Positions 40,301-49,036 of a DNA stretch of 64,000 nucleotides are shown here, piece by piece. The DNA lies in contig BTUM01000033.1 in the NCBI GenBank assembly GCA_045863235.1, positions 1 through 64,000 on the forward strand, in the 5' to 3' direction. A program made the translations under genes and the position numbers. Origin of the DNA: Candidatus Xenobia bacterium (GTDB lineage Bacteria; Vulcanimicrobiota; Xenobia; Xenobiales; QWHO01). Numbering within the stretch: the stretch's first letter is position 1; each line of letters opens with the position of its first letter. The notes under the pieces were generated by a model. It saw nothing but the letters and a program-made list of their open reading frames with translations. It searched no databases and was not told the DNA's origin.

Positions 40301-40712
40301 AGATGAGGATCTGGGTCGACTGCTTCTTCACCGAGACGCCCTGCTGGGTGACCTCAGGTGGCAGGAAGGGCAAAGCCAGGTTGACCCGGTTCTGCACGTC
40401 CACCGAGGCAAGGTCCGGGTCGCGACCCACCTCGAACGAGACCGTGAGGTTCATGCGGCCGTCGTTGGTGGACTTGCTCTGCATGTAGATCATGCTTTCA
40501 GCCCCGTTGACCTGCTGCTCGATGGGGGCGGCCACCGTCTCCTCGACGGTCTGGGCATCGGCGCCGGTATAGTTGGCCAGCACCTGAACGGTGGGAGGGG
40601 TGATGTCGGGGTACTGGGACGAAGGCAAGGCCAGGATGGCCAGCCCGCCGGCCAGCAAGATGACCAGCGAGATGACGATAGACAGGACCGGGCGATGGAT
40701 GAAGACGCTCAT
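37350..40712 (-). CDS. HAE1-type multidrug RND permease with Pro/Glu/Lys-rich tail
   Basis: [38 protein letters not shown]. Confidence 0.95.
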   Translation of the reverse strand: MSVFIHRPVLSIVISLVILLAGGLAILALPSSQYPDITPPTVQVLANYTGADAQTVEETVAAPIEQQVNGAESMIYMQSKSTNDGRMNLTVSFEVGRDPDLASVDVQNRVNLALPFLPPEVTQQGVSVKKQSTQILIFMSFFSPGGTYDASFLSNYVLVNVIDELARLPGVGLAVILVGQQDYAMRMWVDPARLTSLGLTTTDLANALKEQNVQAAAGSVGAEPMPRPVDFQYSVNVKGRLTEAEEFGNIILRTNPDGSILRMKDVARVEMGSKTYNTFGRLNGQAAIPVGIYLMPGANSLATSKAVREKLEQLKTRFPPDVDYELTLDTTDFVTASIHEVILALRDAIILVILVVFVFLGNFRATLIPMLAVPVSLIGTFAAFVAFGFSINMLTLFGLVLAVGIVVDDAIVVVEAVEHHIEHGLSPLQATERAMAEVGGPVVAIALVLTSVFVPVAFMGGITGLMYRQFALTLAVSVCLSALVALTLTPALCTLILRPRKPMRGPLGWFLAGFNKVFDWVNAGYTRTVRLTIKLMLVTLCLLGVVFYIAYRLQVTLPTGFLPGEDNGYFMIDAQLPEASSLSRTNEVLKHMEEACKKQPGVKSVLGLGGYSLMMSTYNTNSCSIVVVLEPWEERTPEEHAFKTIERLQAEFSKYPEARIAVFNPPPIPGLGNAGGFTFELQDRSGGDILAQADTAKQFIFQLNQQKQLKGVFTLFSTNVPMVKLWVDRDKVKVLGIPLSDVFAGLQANLGGYYVNQFNKFGRTWQVYIQAEADYRRTKEDIGSLYVRAKDGSMVPLKTLTAPKVLTGADTITRFNLYRAVEVNGNSAPGYSSGQAIATVEKMAKSLPSNYSVAWTTMAYQEKAAQGSQGVIFLLALLFVFLFLSAQYESWAVPFAVLFGIPVGVMGAYIATAVIKMDNNLYVQIGLVMLIGLAAKNAILIVEFAKEKYEKEGFTLVEAAVEGGKLRLRPILMTSFAFILGVVPLVVAEGAGAVSRRALGTAVFGGMLAASTLGVFFIPSLYVLVQGIANLLGGKPKPPAVQPAEGHAEGHAGPAPTPAPKPEVAPKPAPEPAKPEPTPEPPKSKKEPVPEPGPKSGSEEKKPEEVKPDEPSAGPTSPES

Positions 40713-40715
40713 CTG

Positions 40716-42050
40716 TTACTCGGCAGTCCCGCCGACTTCGGACGGGTTGACCTTCCAGCCCGAGCGGACCTTCTGGATTCCTTCCACAATCACCCGGTCA
40801 CCGGGCTTCAAGCCGTCCTCGACCACGTAATACTGCTCAAAGGTCTGGCCCAGCGTCAGGTTGTGCTGCGTGGCCACGTTGTCGGGTCCGACCACGTAGG
40901 CGGCGTTGAGGCTTTGAATCTCGAACACGGCCCGCTGGGGAATCAGCAGGGCGTGCTTGAGGTCGGTCGACTTGAAGCGGATGCGGGTGAACTGACCCGG
41001 CTTCAGGATGCCGGTAGGGTTGAGAAACGAGGCCCGCAGGCTGAGCGTCCCGGTCTGCTGGTCGATGGTGCGTCCGACCATCTGCAAGCTGCCCCTCTCG
41101 GGATACCGGGTTCCGTCGCCGAGCAGCAACTCGAACGGCCTGGCCACGCCCTGGCCGGGTCGCGATTTGAAGTACTTGAGGTAGTCGGTTTCGGCGATGG
41201 AGAAGTCAACGTACATCGGATTGGACTCGGAGATGGTCACCAGCACCGGGTCGCCCACCCGCACCAGGTTGCCCGGGCTTACATTCAGCTTGCCGATCAC
41301 GCCGTCGAAGGGAGCCGTAATGGTGCAGTAGCCCAGAGTGATGCGGGCCTGCTCCACCGACGCCTGGGCCGCTTCGAGCTGGGCCGCGGCGATGTCGATG
41401 TTGGCCCTGTCGCTCAGGCGGGTGTTGTCCACCACTGCCTGCTTGGCGTTGACCTGGGCGGCCGCCACATCGCGAGCCGAAACGGCGTTGTCGTAGGTCT
41501 GCATGGGAATGACGCTGCGGAAAGCCAGCGGCTTGTAGCGATCCACGTCTTGCTGACAGCGCTTGAGCTCGGCCTTGGAAGAGGCGAGGTCGGCCTGGGC
41601 TTTGCGCAGGTCGACCTGGTTCTTGGCATACTCGAGATCGGCTTTGGCCTTCTCGACCTGGGCCAGGGCTGAGGAGAGCTGGGCCTCATAGGTGCTGGGA
41701 TCGATCTGGAAGAGGACCTGACCGCGATTGATGAAGGTACCCTCCTGGAAGCTGAAGTCGAGCAGGCTTCCCTGGACCTGAGACTTGACGTCCACGGTCA
41801 GGCGGGCCTCGGTGCGAGCGGTGTACTCGCTATAGAGGGAGACCTGCTTCTCCTCGACCCTGGTCACCACCACGTCGGGGGGAGGGCCTGGCTGCTGCAC
41901 GGCCCCCGGCGAAGGGCTCCCCCCGGGGCTGCCGCTGGCCGCGGGACTCGGAGTCGGACTCGACTCCCCCTCTCCTTCACCCGGAGTGGGGCCACAACTG
42001 ACCAGCCACAGACCCAGCAAAATCAGGGTGAGGAGATTACGAACCAGCAT
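40716..42050 (-). CDS. RND periplasmic adaptor lipoprotein
   Basis: Lipobox LVSC, ITAPFDG, LKPGQF. Confidence 0.92.
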   Translation of the reverse strand: MLVRNLLTLILLGLWLVSCGPTPGEGEGESSPTPSPAASGSPGGSPSPGAVQQPGPPPDVVVTRVEEKQVSLYSEYTARTEARLTVDVKSQVQGSLLDFSFQEGTFINRGQVLFQIDPSTYEAQLSSALAQVEKAKADLEYAKNQVDLRKAQADLASSKAELKRCQQDVDRYKPLAFRSVIPMQTYDNAVSARDVAAAQVNAKQAVVDNTRLSDRANIDIAAAQLEAAQASVEQARITLGYCTITAPFDGVIGKLNVSPGNLVRVGDPVLVTISESNPMYVDFSIAETDYLKYFKSRPGQGVARPFELLLGDGTRYPERGSLQMVGRTIDQQTGTLSLRASFLNPTGILKPGQFTRIRFKSTDLKHALLIPQRAVFEIQSLNAAYVVGPDNVATQHNLTLGQTFEQYYVVEDGLKPGDRVIVEGIQKVRSGWKVNPSEVGGTAE

Positions 42051-43452
42051 CGGGTGCTCCTTTCGAGGGCAGGACGGAAAGCTTGAGGACGCGGTCCGGG
42101 AACTGAGTCCCCAGCGCGCGCTCCAGGCGGGAAAAGACGATCTCGCGGTTGTACTTGGTCACGGCCAGGTCAAGCCGGGCATTGATCAGGCTCTGAAGGG
42201 CGTTCTGCGTTTCCAGCGAGGTTCCCAGGCCGTTGATGAAACGCTCGCGGGCCATCTCGTAGAAGACGGCCGCGGTCTCGACCTGTTTCTCGGCCGTGCG
42301 CAGGTCAAACTCGCTCTGCTGGAAGTTCAGCCAGGCCTGGGTGACGTCTTGAATGACCTGCGCGTTCAAGCCGTCGAGCTGATCGTGCAGGGCCTGCACC
42401 TGGGCCTCGGCCGACTTGACCCGTCCATCGCGCAAGCCGCCGTCCCACAGCGACCAGCTCACGCTCAGGTTGACCCCGAAGGTGTCGGTGGGCAAGAACG
42501 AGCCGATGGTGTCGAAGTAGCCGGCCTGCATGCTGACGATGGGCATGCTCTCGTGGTAGGCCGCCTCGAGCAGCTTGTCGGCCACGGCGATGTTCTTGTT
42601 GACCAGGACCACCTCGGGACGCGCTTGCAGGGCCAGCGCCACCAGACCATCCAGGTCGACCCCTTCGGCCACCGTGGCGCTGGCCGGTTCGACGGGCTGG
42701 AGCGGCTCCTGGCCCTGGTCGTAGAGCACGGTCTTCAAGGCGATGCTGGTATTCCCGATTGATGTCACGCTCTGGGCCACCGTCTGCTGGGCCTCCACCA
42801 CCTGAAGCTCGGCCTGCACAATGTCGTATTTAGCGGCCAACCCCTGGTTGAACAGCGCATTGGTATCCGACAGGTTCTGTTTGGTCAACTGCAGGTTCTG
42901 CCGGGCCACGTCGAGCGTTTCATCGGCCTGGAGCCGGCGAAAGAAGCTCTCCTTGATGTTCAAGACCAGATCCTGGCGGTCGAGCTCGAGTTGCTGGGTG
43001 GCCACGTCAATTTGAAGGAAAGCGGCCGCGATCTCGTTCTCAACCCGGCCAAAGGTGGTCAAAAGGGCCTGCATGGTCAGGCTCAGCTGGCTCGAGACGG
43101 TGTTCTGCCGGGTGGTGGCAAGGCTCTGCTTGCTCAAGACGATGCTCTCGTCCTGGAAGACGAACTTGAGGTTCTTCTGGCTGTCGCTCTGTTCGTAATC
43201 GCCGATGGCGGATTGAATACCCTGGGCCGACTGCTTCAAGGTGGGGCTCTGGGAGACTCCCTGATCGACGGCCTCCATCAGCTTCAGCGGCCGGGTCTGG
43301 GAGGGGGCCTGGTACTGAAGCAGCGGGCTGGTTCCAAGGTCTGGACTGGCTTGAGGTTGCGGGCTGGCCTGTGGTTGCTGCGGTTCTTGACCGATCGCGG
43401 GCAAGAACAGGCAATTGAAAATAATGAGCAAGCACGCGACCGACAGTCTCAT
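42037..43452 (-). CDS. TolC family outer membrane protein
   Basis: Signal peptide, RPEV, LWDGG, RFING. Confidence 0.9.
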   Translation of the reverse strand: MRLSVACLLIIFNCLFLPAIGQEPQQPQASPQPQASPDLGTSPLLQYQAPSQTRPLKLMEAVDQGVSQSPTLKQSAQGIQSAIGDYEQSDSQKNLKFVFQDESIVLSKQSLATTRQNTVSSQLSLTMQALLTTFGRVENEIAAAFLQIDVATQQLELDRQDLVLNIKESFFRRLQADETLDVARQNLQLTKQNLSDTNALFNQGLAAKYDIVQAELQVVEAQQTVAQSVTSIGNTSIALKTVLYDQGQEPLQPVEPASATVAEGVDLDGLVALALQARPEVVLVNKNIAVADKLLEAAYHESMPIVSMQAGYFDTIGSFLPTDTFGVNLSVSWSLWDGGLRDGRVKSAEAQVQALHDQLDGLNAQVIQDVTQAWLNFQQSEFDLRTAEKQVETAAVFYEMARERFINGLGTSLETQNALQSLINARLDLAVTKYNREIVFSRLERALGTQFPDRVLKLSVLPSKGAPDAGS

Positions 43453-43591
43453 GGCCGGCCTGTATACGAAAGGAGTGGACGAAACCCTTCCGTGCCCGGT
43501 AGCACTTTCGTCCAGGGAGAGCTGTTTTGATCCCGTGGAGGAAACCAGACCGAGAGGACACGCCGAACCGGTCGGGAACCTCCGTCCTTCG

Positions 43592-45016
43592 ATGAGCCCC
43601 GACGAGAAGCTGGCCCTGGCCGAGGAACGCCTGCAGCAGGCGGAGGAGCGCTTTCGGCAGGCCGAGGAGCTGATGCTACAAGCTCAGGAGATCCTGGCCC
43701 GCACCCAGGCCCGGGACGAAGAGGCTCAGCGCCTGGCTTACGTCGACCAGCTGACCGGGCTGCCCAACCTCAACCACGTGCGCCAGGTGCTCGACTTCAA
43801 TCTCAAGCAGGCCCACCGCTACGAGCGCACCAGCGCCCTGCTCAGCATCGACCTCGACCGCTTTCGCATCATCAACGAGGCCCTGGGCTTCAAGACCGGA
43901 GACGAGCTGCTGGTGCTGGTGGCCGAGCGTCTTCAGGGCATCGTGCGCGAGTCGGACCTCCTGGCGCGTCGAGGCGAGGATGAGTTCTTGCTGCTCTTAT
44001 CGGAGCTGCACGAGAGCAGCCAGGCCGAGCTGGTGGCCCGGCGCGTGCTCGAGCTTCTGCACGACGAGCCCTTCGTGGTGCAAAATCAGCCCCTGCACGT
44101 GGGCGCCAGCCTGGGCATCTCGCTTTGCCCCGACGACGCGAAGAGCACTCAGGAGATGCTCGAGCACGCCGACGCCTCGCTCTACTGCGCCAAGGAGCAG
44201 GGTCGAGGCCGCTTCCAGGTCTACAGCGAAGGGTTGCAGCAGCAGCTCCGCCGCCGCCTGGTGGTGGAGAACTGCCTCTTCGAGGCCCTGGAGCGAAGCG
44301 AGCTGAGCCTGCTCTATCACCCCATCGTCGACCTGACCACCCGCGAAGTGGTGGGGGTCGAGGCCCTGCTGCGCTGGACCCACCCGGAGCTGGGCGAGGT
44401 CTCCCCGGGCGAATTCCTGCCGGTGGCTGAGGAGAGCGGGCTGATCGTGCCCATCGGCGACTGGGTGCTACGCGAGAGCTGCCGCCAGCTGAAGGCCTGG
44501 AAAGAGCTGGGATTGGACATGTTCATCGACGTCAACCTGTCGCGCCGCCAGCTGCTGCACGCCGATATGGCCTCGGCTTTTCTGCGCGTGCTCGAAGAAG
44601 CCCAGCTCGACGGGCGCGACATCGTGGTGGACGTCTCCGAGGACCACTACACCAGCGACCCGCGCGTGCGCTCGGTGCTCGCCGACCTGGGCCTGGGCGG
44701 CGTGCGCATCGCCATCGACGACTTTGGCACCGGGCTCTCCTCGCTCAAGACCATCCGCCTGAGCCAGACCAAGATCCTCAAGCTGGACAGCACCTTCGTG
44801 GCCGGCATCCCGGGCAATCGCCAGTACCTGAGTATCTGCGTGGCCGTGATCCGCCTGGCCGAGAGCCTCAACATGCGCTCGCTGGCCGAAGGAATCGAGA
44901 ACGAGAAGCAGTTCGAGTATCTGCGTAAGAACGACTGCCACCTGGGGCAGGGATTCTACTTCTGTCAGCCCATGCCGGCCGAGCAGGTGGCCGAGGCAGC
45001 CCGCCAGGGGCTTTAA
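43592..45016 (+). CDS. GGDEF-EAL protein with coiled-coil N-terminus
   Basis: DQLTGLPN, RRGEDEF (variant), VEALLRW, DDFGTG, AEGIE, QGFYF; start may be 43535. Confidence 0.9.
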   Translation: MSPDEKLALAEERLQQAEERFRQAEELMLQAQEILARTQARDEEAQRLAYVDQLTGLPNLNHVRQVLDFNLKQAHRYERTSALLSIDLDRFRIINEALGFKTGDELLVLVAERLQGIVRESDLLARRGEDEFLLLLSELHESSQAELVARRVLELLHDEPFVVQNQPLHVGASLGISLCPDDAKSTQEMLEHADASLYCAKEQGRGRFQVYSEGLQQQLRRRLVVENCLFEALERSELSLLYHPIVDLTTREVVGVEALLRWTHPELGEVSPGEFLPVAEESGLIVPIGDWVLRESCRQLKAWKELGLDMFIDVNLSRRQLLHADMASAFLRVLEEAQLDGRDIVVDVSEDHYTSDPRVRSVLADLGLGGVRIAIDDFGTGLSSLKTIRLSQTKILKLDSTFVAGIPGNRQYLSICVAVIRLAESLNMRSLAEGIENEKQFEYLRKNDCHLGQGFYFCQPMPAEQVAEAARQGL

Positions 45017-45351
45017 GGCCCGGGACTGTAGTCCGGGGAAGAATCCGCAACCGCCCTCTGAAGCTCTTCCCAACCCGGCAGCTTCTCCAGGAGCTCAGCC
45101 ACCAGAGGATCTGTGGCCCGGTCGACGGGGCGAACCACGGCGCGGCTCCCCTGCTGCTCGAACTCGAGCGCTCGGCCCAGGCGGTCCACGAGCAACCCGG
45201 CGCTGCCGTCGGGGCCACCGTCGATGGTGAGCAGAAAGATCTCGTCGGGCTCGAGCCCCGCTCGGCGCAGGGCGGCTCGCAAAGTCGCAGCGGTGGGATG
45301 GCGGCGCAGGCGTGAGGTCATCTGGAGCGTATCGGCCAGCTCCGGGCTCAT
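45013..45351 (-). CDS. Hypothetical protein
   Basis: ATGA overlap with the upstream PilC-family stop codon; 112 aa. Confidence 0.55.
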   Translation of the reverse strand: MSPELADTLQMTSRLRRHPTAATLRAALRRAGLEPDEIFLLTIDGGPDGSAGLLVDRLGRALEFEQQGSRAVVRPVDRATDPLVAELLEKLPGWEELQRAVADSSPDYSPGP

Positions 45352-46394
45352 ACCAGGCCCTGCATCAAGTTGATCCAGGGCAGCATGGTGGCCACGCACA
45401 AGGTTCCCACCAGCAGGCTGGTAAAGCCCAGGATCAACGGCTCGGCCAGCGCCGAGATGCGCGTCAGACTGAGCTCGATGTCCTGATCGTAGAGCCCGGC
45501 CATCAGCTCGCTCATGCGCGGCAGGCGGCCGGTCTCCTCGCCCACGCGCACCATGGCCTGCACGGCCCGGTTGAACAGCCGGCGGTTGGCCAGCGCCTGG
45601 CTGAGGGCGCATCCTTCATACACGTCCTCGCGCACCAGCAGCAGCTTCTCGACCACCACCCGGTTGCCGGCCACCCCCTCGAGCAGCCTGAGAGTGCGGC
45701 TCAGGTCCAGGCCCAGCAGCCCGGTCAGGCTCAGCATGCGCAGCATTCGAGCGCAAATGCCCTGCTCGAGCAACGAGCCCACCACCGGCAGCCTCAGCAG
45801 GGCGAGGTCGTAGCGGCGGCGCAGGTCGGAATCCTCCTCGGCCTCGAGCAGCTGGCGGCGCACCAGCAAGACCGTGACCACCACCAGGATCAAGACCAGC
45901 AGGGTGAGGGGACTTGCCACCACCCGGGTCAGCCAGAGCACGAATCGCGTCAGGGCTGGCAACTCGACACCCAGTTGCTGAAAGAAGGGCAACATGGCCG
46001 GCAGCAACGAGTAGCTCAAGAGCCACAGCAACCCCAGGCTGACGGTCAGGAGCACGGCCGGATAGCTCAGAGCGGCCACCATGCGCCGACGAAAGGTCAG
46101 GGTGCGCTCGAGGTAGTCGGCCAGATGGCCCAGCACCGCCACCAGGGAGCCGGACTGCTCCCCCACCGCCACCAGACCGACCATGTAGGACGGGAACACG
46201 GCCTGGCTCTTCATGCAGCTGGACAGGTAGTTTCCACGCGCCACCTGGATCGAGAGCTCCCGGTAGACCTCGCTCAGGCCCGGGCTCGAGCTTCGGCCCA
46301 GGAAGGTGAGGGTTTCCACGATCGGGATCCCGGCCGTCAGCATGGCCGACATCTGACGCAAGGAAAGCGCCAGCTCCTGGTGCACGTCCCTCAC
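45348..46394 (-). CDS. Type II secretion F / PilC family platform protein
   Basis: RQMSAMLTAGIPI, VGEQSGSL, ALSYP, ELPALT, VGEETG.L, AEP. Confidence 0.92.
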   Translation of the reverse strand: MRDVHQELALSLRQMSAMLTAGIPIVETLTFLGRSSSPGLSEVYRELSIQVARGNYLSSCMKSQAVFPSYMVGLVAVGEQSGSLVAVLGHLADYLERTLTFRRRMVAALSYPAVLLTVSLGLLWLLSYSLLPAMLPFFQQLGVELPALTRFVLWLTRVVASPLTLLVLILVVVTVLLVRRQLLEAEEDSDLRRRYDLALLRLPVVGSLLEQGICARMLRMLSLTGLLGLDLSRTLRLLEGVAGNRVVVEKLLLVREDVYEGCALSQALANRRLFNRAVQAMVRVGEETGRLPRMSELMAGLYDQDIELSLTRISALAEPLILGFTSLLVGTLCVATMLPWINLMQGLV

Positions 46395-46960
46395 GGTTGA
46401 GCGGCCTGGTGCAGGTGGTAGGGCAAGTAGACCTGGGTGGTCAGCTCGGAAGAGACCGTCTCCGTGACCCCCGCCAGAGTGCGGGTCTGAGCTTCCGCCC
46501 GCAACGCGATGCGCACGCTCTCGCCACCCAGGTTGGTAAACTCGACTTGCTGCAGCCGGCCCAGCAGGCGTGGCGGAGGAGCCCCACCCCCCAGCTGCTC
46601 GAGCCACAGCTCGGGTCCGGCGTGGCGGATGCGAAAGCGCAGGTAGACCGGGTTGCGGGGATCGGGAGCCGCGTTGCCCAGGTGGTCGATGCTGGAGGTG
46701 AACTCCAGCACCCTTCCGGTCTGGCCGTCGGCGGGACGGGTGACGGCGCTCTGGTTGGAGGCCGGGGGAATGGCGCTCTCGATCAGGGGCACCAGGCGCC
46801 GCATGGCCAGCCGGGTGGCGTTCTGCACCTCGATGCGGGCGCCGCCATACTGGCTCACGCGGTTGACGGCCAGGAAGATCTGCAACACCAGCACGCCCAC
46901 CACACCCAGCAGGGACAGGCTGACCAGGATCTCCAGCAGGGTCAGGGCACGACGGCTCAC
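46391..46960 (-). CDS. Minor pilin (PilW/GspJ-like)
   Basis: Class III signal RRA-LTLLEILV. Confidence 0.85.
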   Translation of the reverse strand: MSRRALTLLEILVSLSLLGVVGVLVLQIFLAVNRVSQYGGARIEVQNATRLAMRRLVPLIESAIPPASNQSAVTRPADGQTGRVLEFTSSIDHLGNAAPDPRNPVYLRFRIRHAGPELWLEQLGGGAPPPRLLGRLQQVEFTNLGGESVRIALRAEAQTRTLAGVTETVSSELTTQVYLPYHLHQAAQP

Positions 46961-47400
46961 GGCTGGCGCTGGTAGCCCTCGAAGACCACACTCCGCTCGC
47001 CCCCCTGCTCGCGCCAGAAGATGGTCACCTTGACCCGACGCAGGGCCGATTCCGGGCGACTGGCATCGGTGGAGACGGGATCGATCTGAACATTGCGCTC
47101 GAAGGGCGGGTTGCCCGGGATGTCGGCCGCGAAGGGGGCAGCATCCACGGGACGGCGCTGACCGGGACCGTCATTGAGCCCGGCGGTGGTGCGGTCGAGG
47201 CCGCGCGAGCGCACCAGGTCGAGGATCAGTCGATTGAGGGCGATGGCCCGGGCCATGGAGTCGCTGTGTCGGCTGGCCTTCAAGCTGAAGGTCAGCGAGG
47301 CATACACGGCCAGAATGCCCACCGCGAGAACTCCCAGAGCCACCAGCAGCTCGATCTGCGAAAAGGCCCTACGGCTAGAAGTCCGGCCGCAAACCCCCAT
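46957..47400 (-). CDS. Minor pilin (PilV-like)
   Basis: RRA-FSQIELLVALGV, FERNVQI, RRVKVTIFW. Confidence 0.85.
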   Translation of the reverse strand: MGVCGRTSSRRAFSQIELLVALGVLAVGILAVYASLTFSLKASRHSDSMARAIALNRLILDLVRSRGLDRTTAGLNDGPGQRRPVDAAPFAADIPGNPPFERNVQIDPVSTDASRPESALRRVKVTIFWREQGGERSVVFEGYQRQP

Positions 47401-47425
47401 CTGGTGTCGGAGGGAACCTCCGCCA

Positions 47426-47472
47426 CCACAAGATGTTGTAGGCGCCCGGACTTCTAGCACAATATCTTGGGC
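47426..47472. promoter_or_regulatory. Tandem NrdR-like boxes
   Basis: CCACAAGATGTTGTAG (47426-47441) and GCACAATATCTTGGGC (47457-47472), 31 bp apart; consensus acaCwAtATaTwGtgt. Confidence 0.6.
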
Positions 47473-47475
47473 GTC

Positions 47476-47516
47476 GCGCAGCCGGAAAACCGTGTCAAGG
47501 GGGTTTCCGGCTGCGC
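47476..47516. other. 13-bp inverted repeat (terminator or stabilising hairpin)
   Basis: GCGCAGCCGGAAA-N15-TTTCCGGCTGCGC directly after the stop of the PilX-like gene; no T tract. Confidence 0.65.
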
Positions 47517-47518
47517 TC

Positions 47519-49015
47519 CTAGGTGTCATAGCGGTCTGAGTAGCCGTTCATCTCGAACTCGGGCTCGGCCGGGAAGTAAGGAGGGGGAGCGTCCTTGAGC
47601 GAGGGATCGAACTCGAAGCGAGTCGTCCAGCCGCTGCCAGGATTGATATGAGCCGTGATGTTGCGACAATCCTCCACCACCGAGCCGACGAAGGTGATGT
47701 AGTTGTGGTGGAGATCATCGCGGGGGATCTCCTCCAGTCGCTCGGTACGAAAGCCTCCCGTGCCGTCGCCATCCCCGGCCATGATGGCCGCATGCACGAC
47801 CAGCGGACCCGTGGCCGGATCGATCCGATACGGGATCTCGATGGTATGGCCGATGAGTCCCAGCGCGTTGCGGTTGTCCAGATCGCTCGCCGGACTGTTG
47901 GCGGTGGCGCCGGCCTGGAGAATGTTTCCGCCTACCACGATCTTGTGCTTGACGCTCGAATCCACAGCGATGGTGTGACGACCCTTGTTGCGCCCGTGCA
48001 GCCCAAGGATCGAGCCGGTCACGTAGATGGTTCCGTTGGGATGGCCGGAGTGGTCGGCCACTACCGCCCCGGTGGAAAGGTTGACCACGCGGGTGCGTCC
48101 GTTGGAGGGCGAGCCCCGCTCGGTCACCTTGTAAGTGGCCCCACCGATGGTGATGAACTGAACCGGGTCGCCGTTCTCGACGTCCAGGCGCATCTCGTCC
48201 ACGTTTCCCCGCAGAAAGATACCGCCACCTGGACGCACCGTGATCGGCCCGGGATCAGGCTGCCCTCCGGCCAGGGAGGCCTGGCGCAGCATGTTGGGCT
48301 CCCAGGGAACCTCGATCTTGGTGCGCCGCCGCGTGGGCTCGCGGGGAATGTTGAACAGGCGCCGGTACTGGGCCTCGGTTGCGGGTGGAGGCTCGAGCGT
48401 CTCGGGCGTATACTCGATCCCTCCCACGCTGGTCACTTTGGCCTGGAACAGCTGGTCGTCGCCGTTGGTGTAGTAGCCTGGATGGATGCCGATGCGGATG
48501 ATCTCGTTGGAGTGCACAGGCCCGGAGAAGTGCTGGGCCCCGGCCCAGGCCGACACCACCGCCGGCCAGGTGTTGGTGAAGCGGGCGTAGCGCACGAAGC
48601 TCTGCTGCACGACCTGGACGGTCACCACCCGGTGCACCTGATCGCGCAGCAGGGCCTGAGACTCGATGCTGTAGGCCCGCCTCGGGTTGTTACCCAGGGG
48701 AGGGGTCTCCGGATCGGGGTGCAGGGTCACCCGCCAGTCCCAGTCATTGAGGCTCAATCCCAGGCGCTGGGACTCCAGAACCAGGGTTGATTGAGGGCCA
48801 GGGACCGGCTCCTGCTTGCGATTGAGCTTGTCCTCCAGGTAGACCACGGCATACTGGATGCCGGCGTCCGCCGCCAGCGAGCTGGCGACGTCCATTCGGT
48901 AGCGCAGGGTGCCGTTCAACTCGGTGGGTAAGAGCCTGGTAAAGCCCATGGCCACCAGCTGGCAAAATCCCAGGAAGAAGATGGCCAGGATCAGGGCCGT
49001 GCCGCGACGGGTCAT
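47519..49015 (-). CDS. Large PilX-like pilin (DUF4900/ComZ-like)
   Basis: RRG-TALILAI, AADAGIQYA, SFVRYARFT, FSGPVHSN, NGTIYVTG, ALGLI, PPPYFP. Confidence 0.8.
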   Translation of the reverse strand: MTRRGTALILAIFFLGFCQLVAMGFTRLLPTELNGTLRYRMDVASSLAADAGIQYAVVYLEDKLNRKQEPVPGPQSTLVLESQRLGLSLNDWDWRVTLHPDPETPPLGNNPRRAYSIESQALLRDQVHRVVTVQVVQQSFVRYARFTNTWPAVVSAWAGAQHFSGPVHSNEIIRIGIHPGYYTNGDDQLFQAKVTSVGGIEYTPETLEPPPATEAQYRRLFNIPREPTRRRTKIEVPWEPNMLRQASLAGGQPDPGPITVRPGGGIFLRGNVDEMRLDVENGDPVQFITIGGATYKVTERGSPSNGRTRVVNLSTGAVVADHSGHPNGTIYVTGSILGLHGRNKGRHTIAVDSSVKHKIVVGGNILQAGATANSPASDLDNRNALGLIGHTIEIPYRIDPATGPLVVHAAIMAGDGDGTGGFRTERLEEIPRDDLHHNYITFVGSVVEDCRNITAHINPGSGWTTRFEFDPSLKDAPPPYFPAEPEFEMNGYSDRYDT

Positions 49016-49036
49016 GCGTCAATCATACCATGCGAT

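Noticed and set aside
37560..41672. Long plus-strand ORFs of 661 and 658 aa, and similar shadows across the cco and RND genes
   Set aside because: Antisense shadows of well-supported genes, with no motifs.
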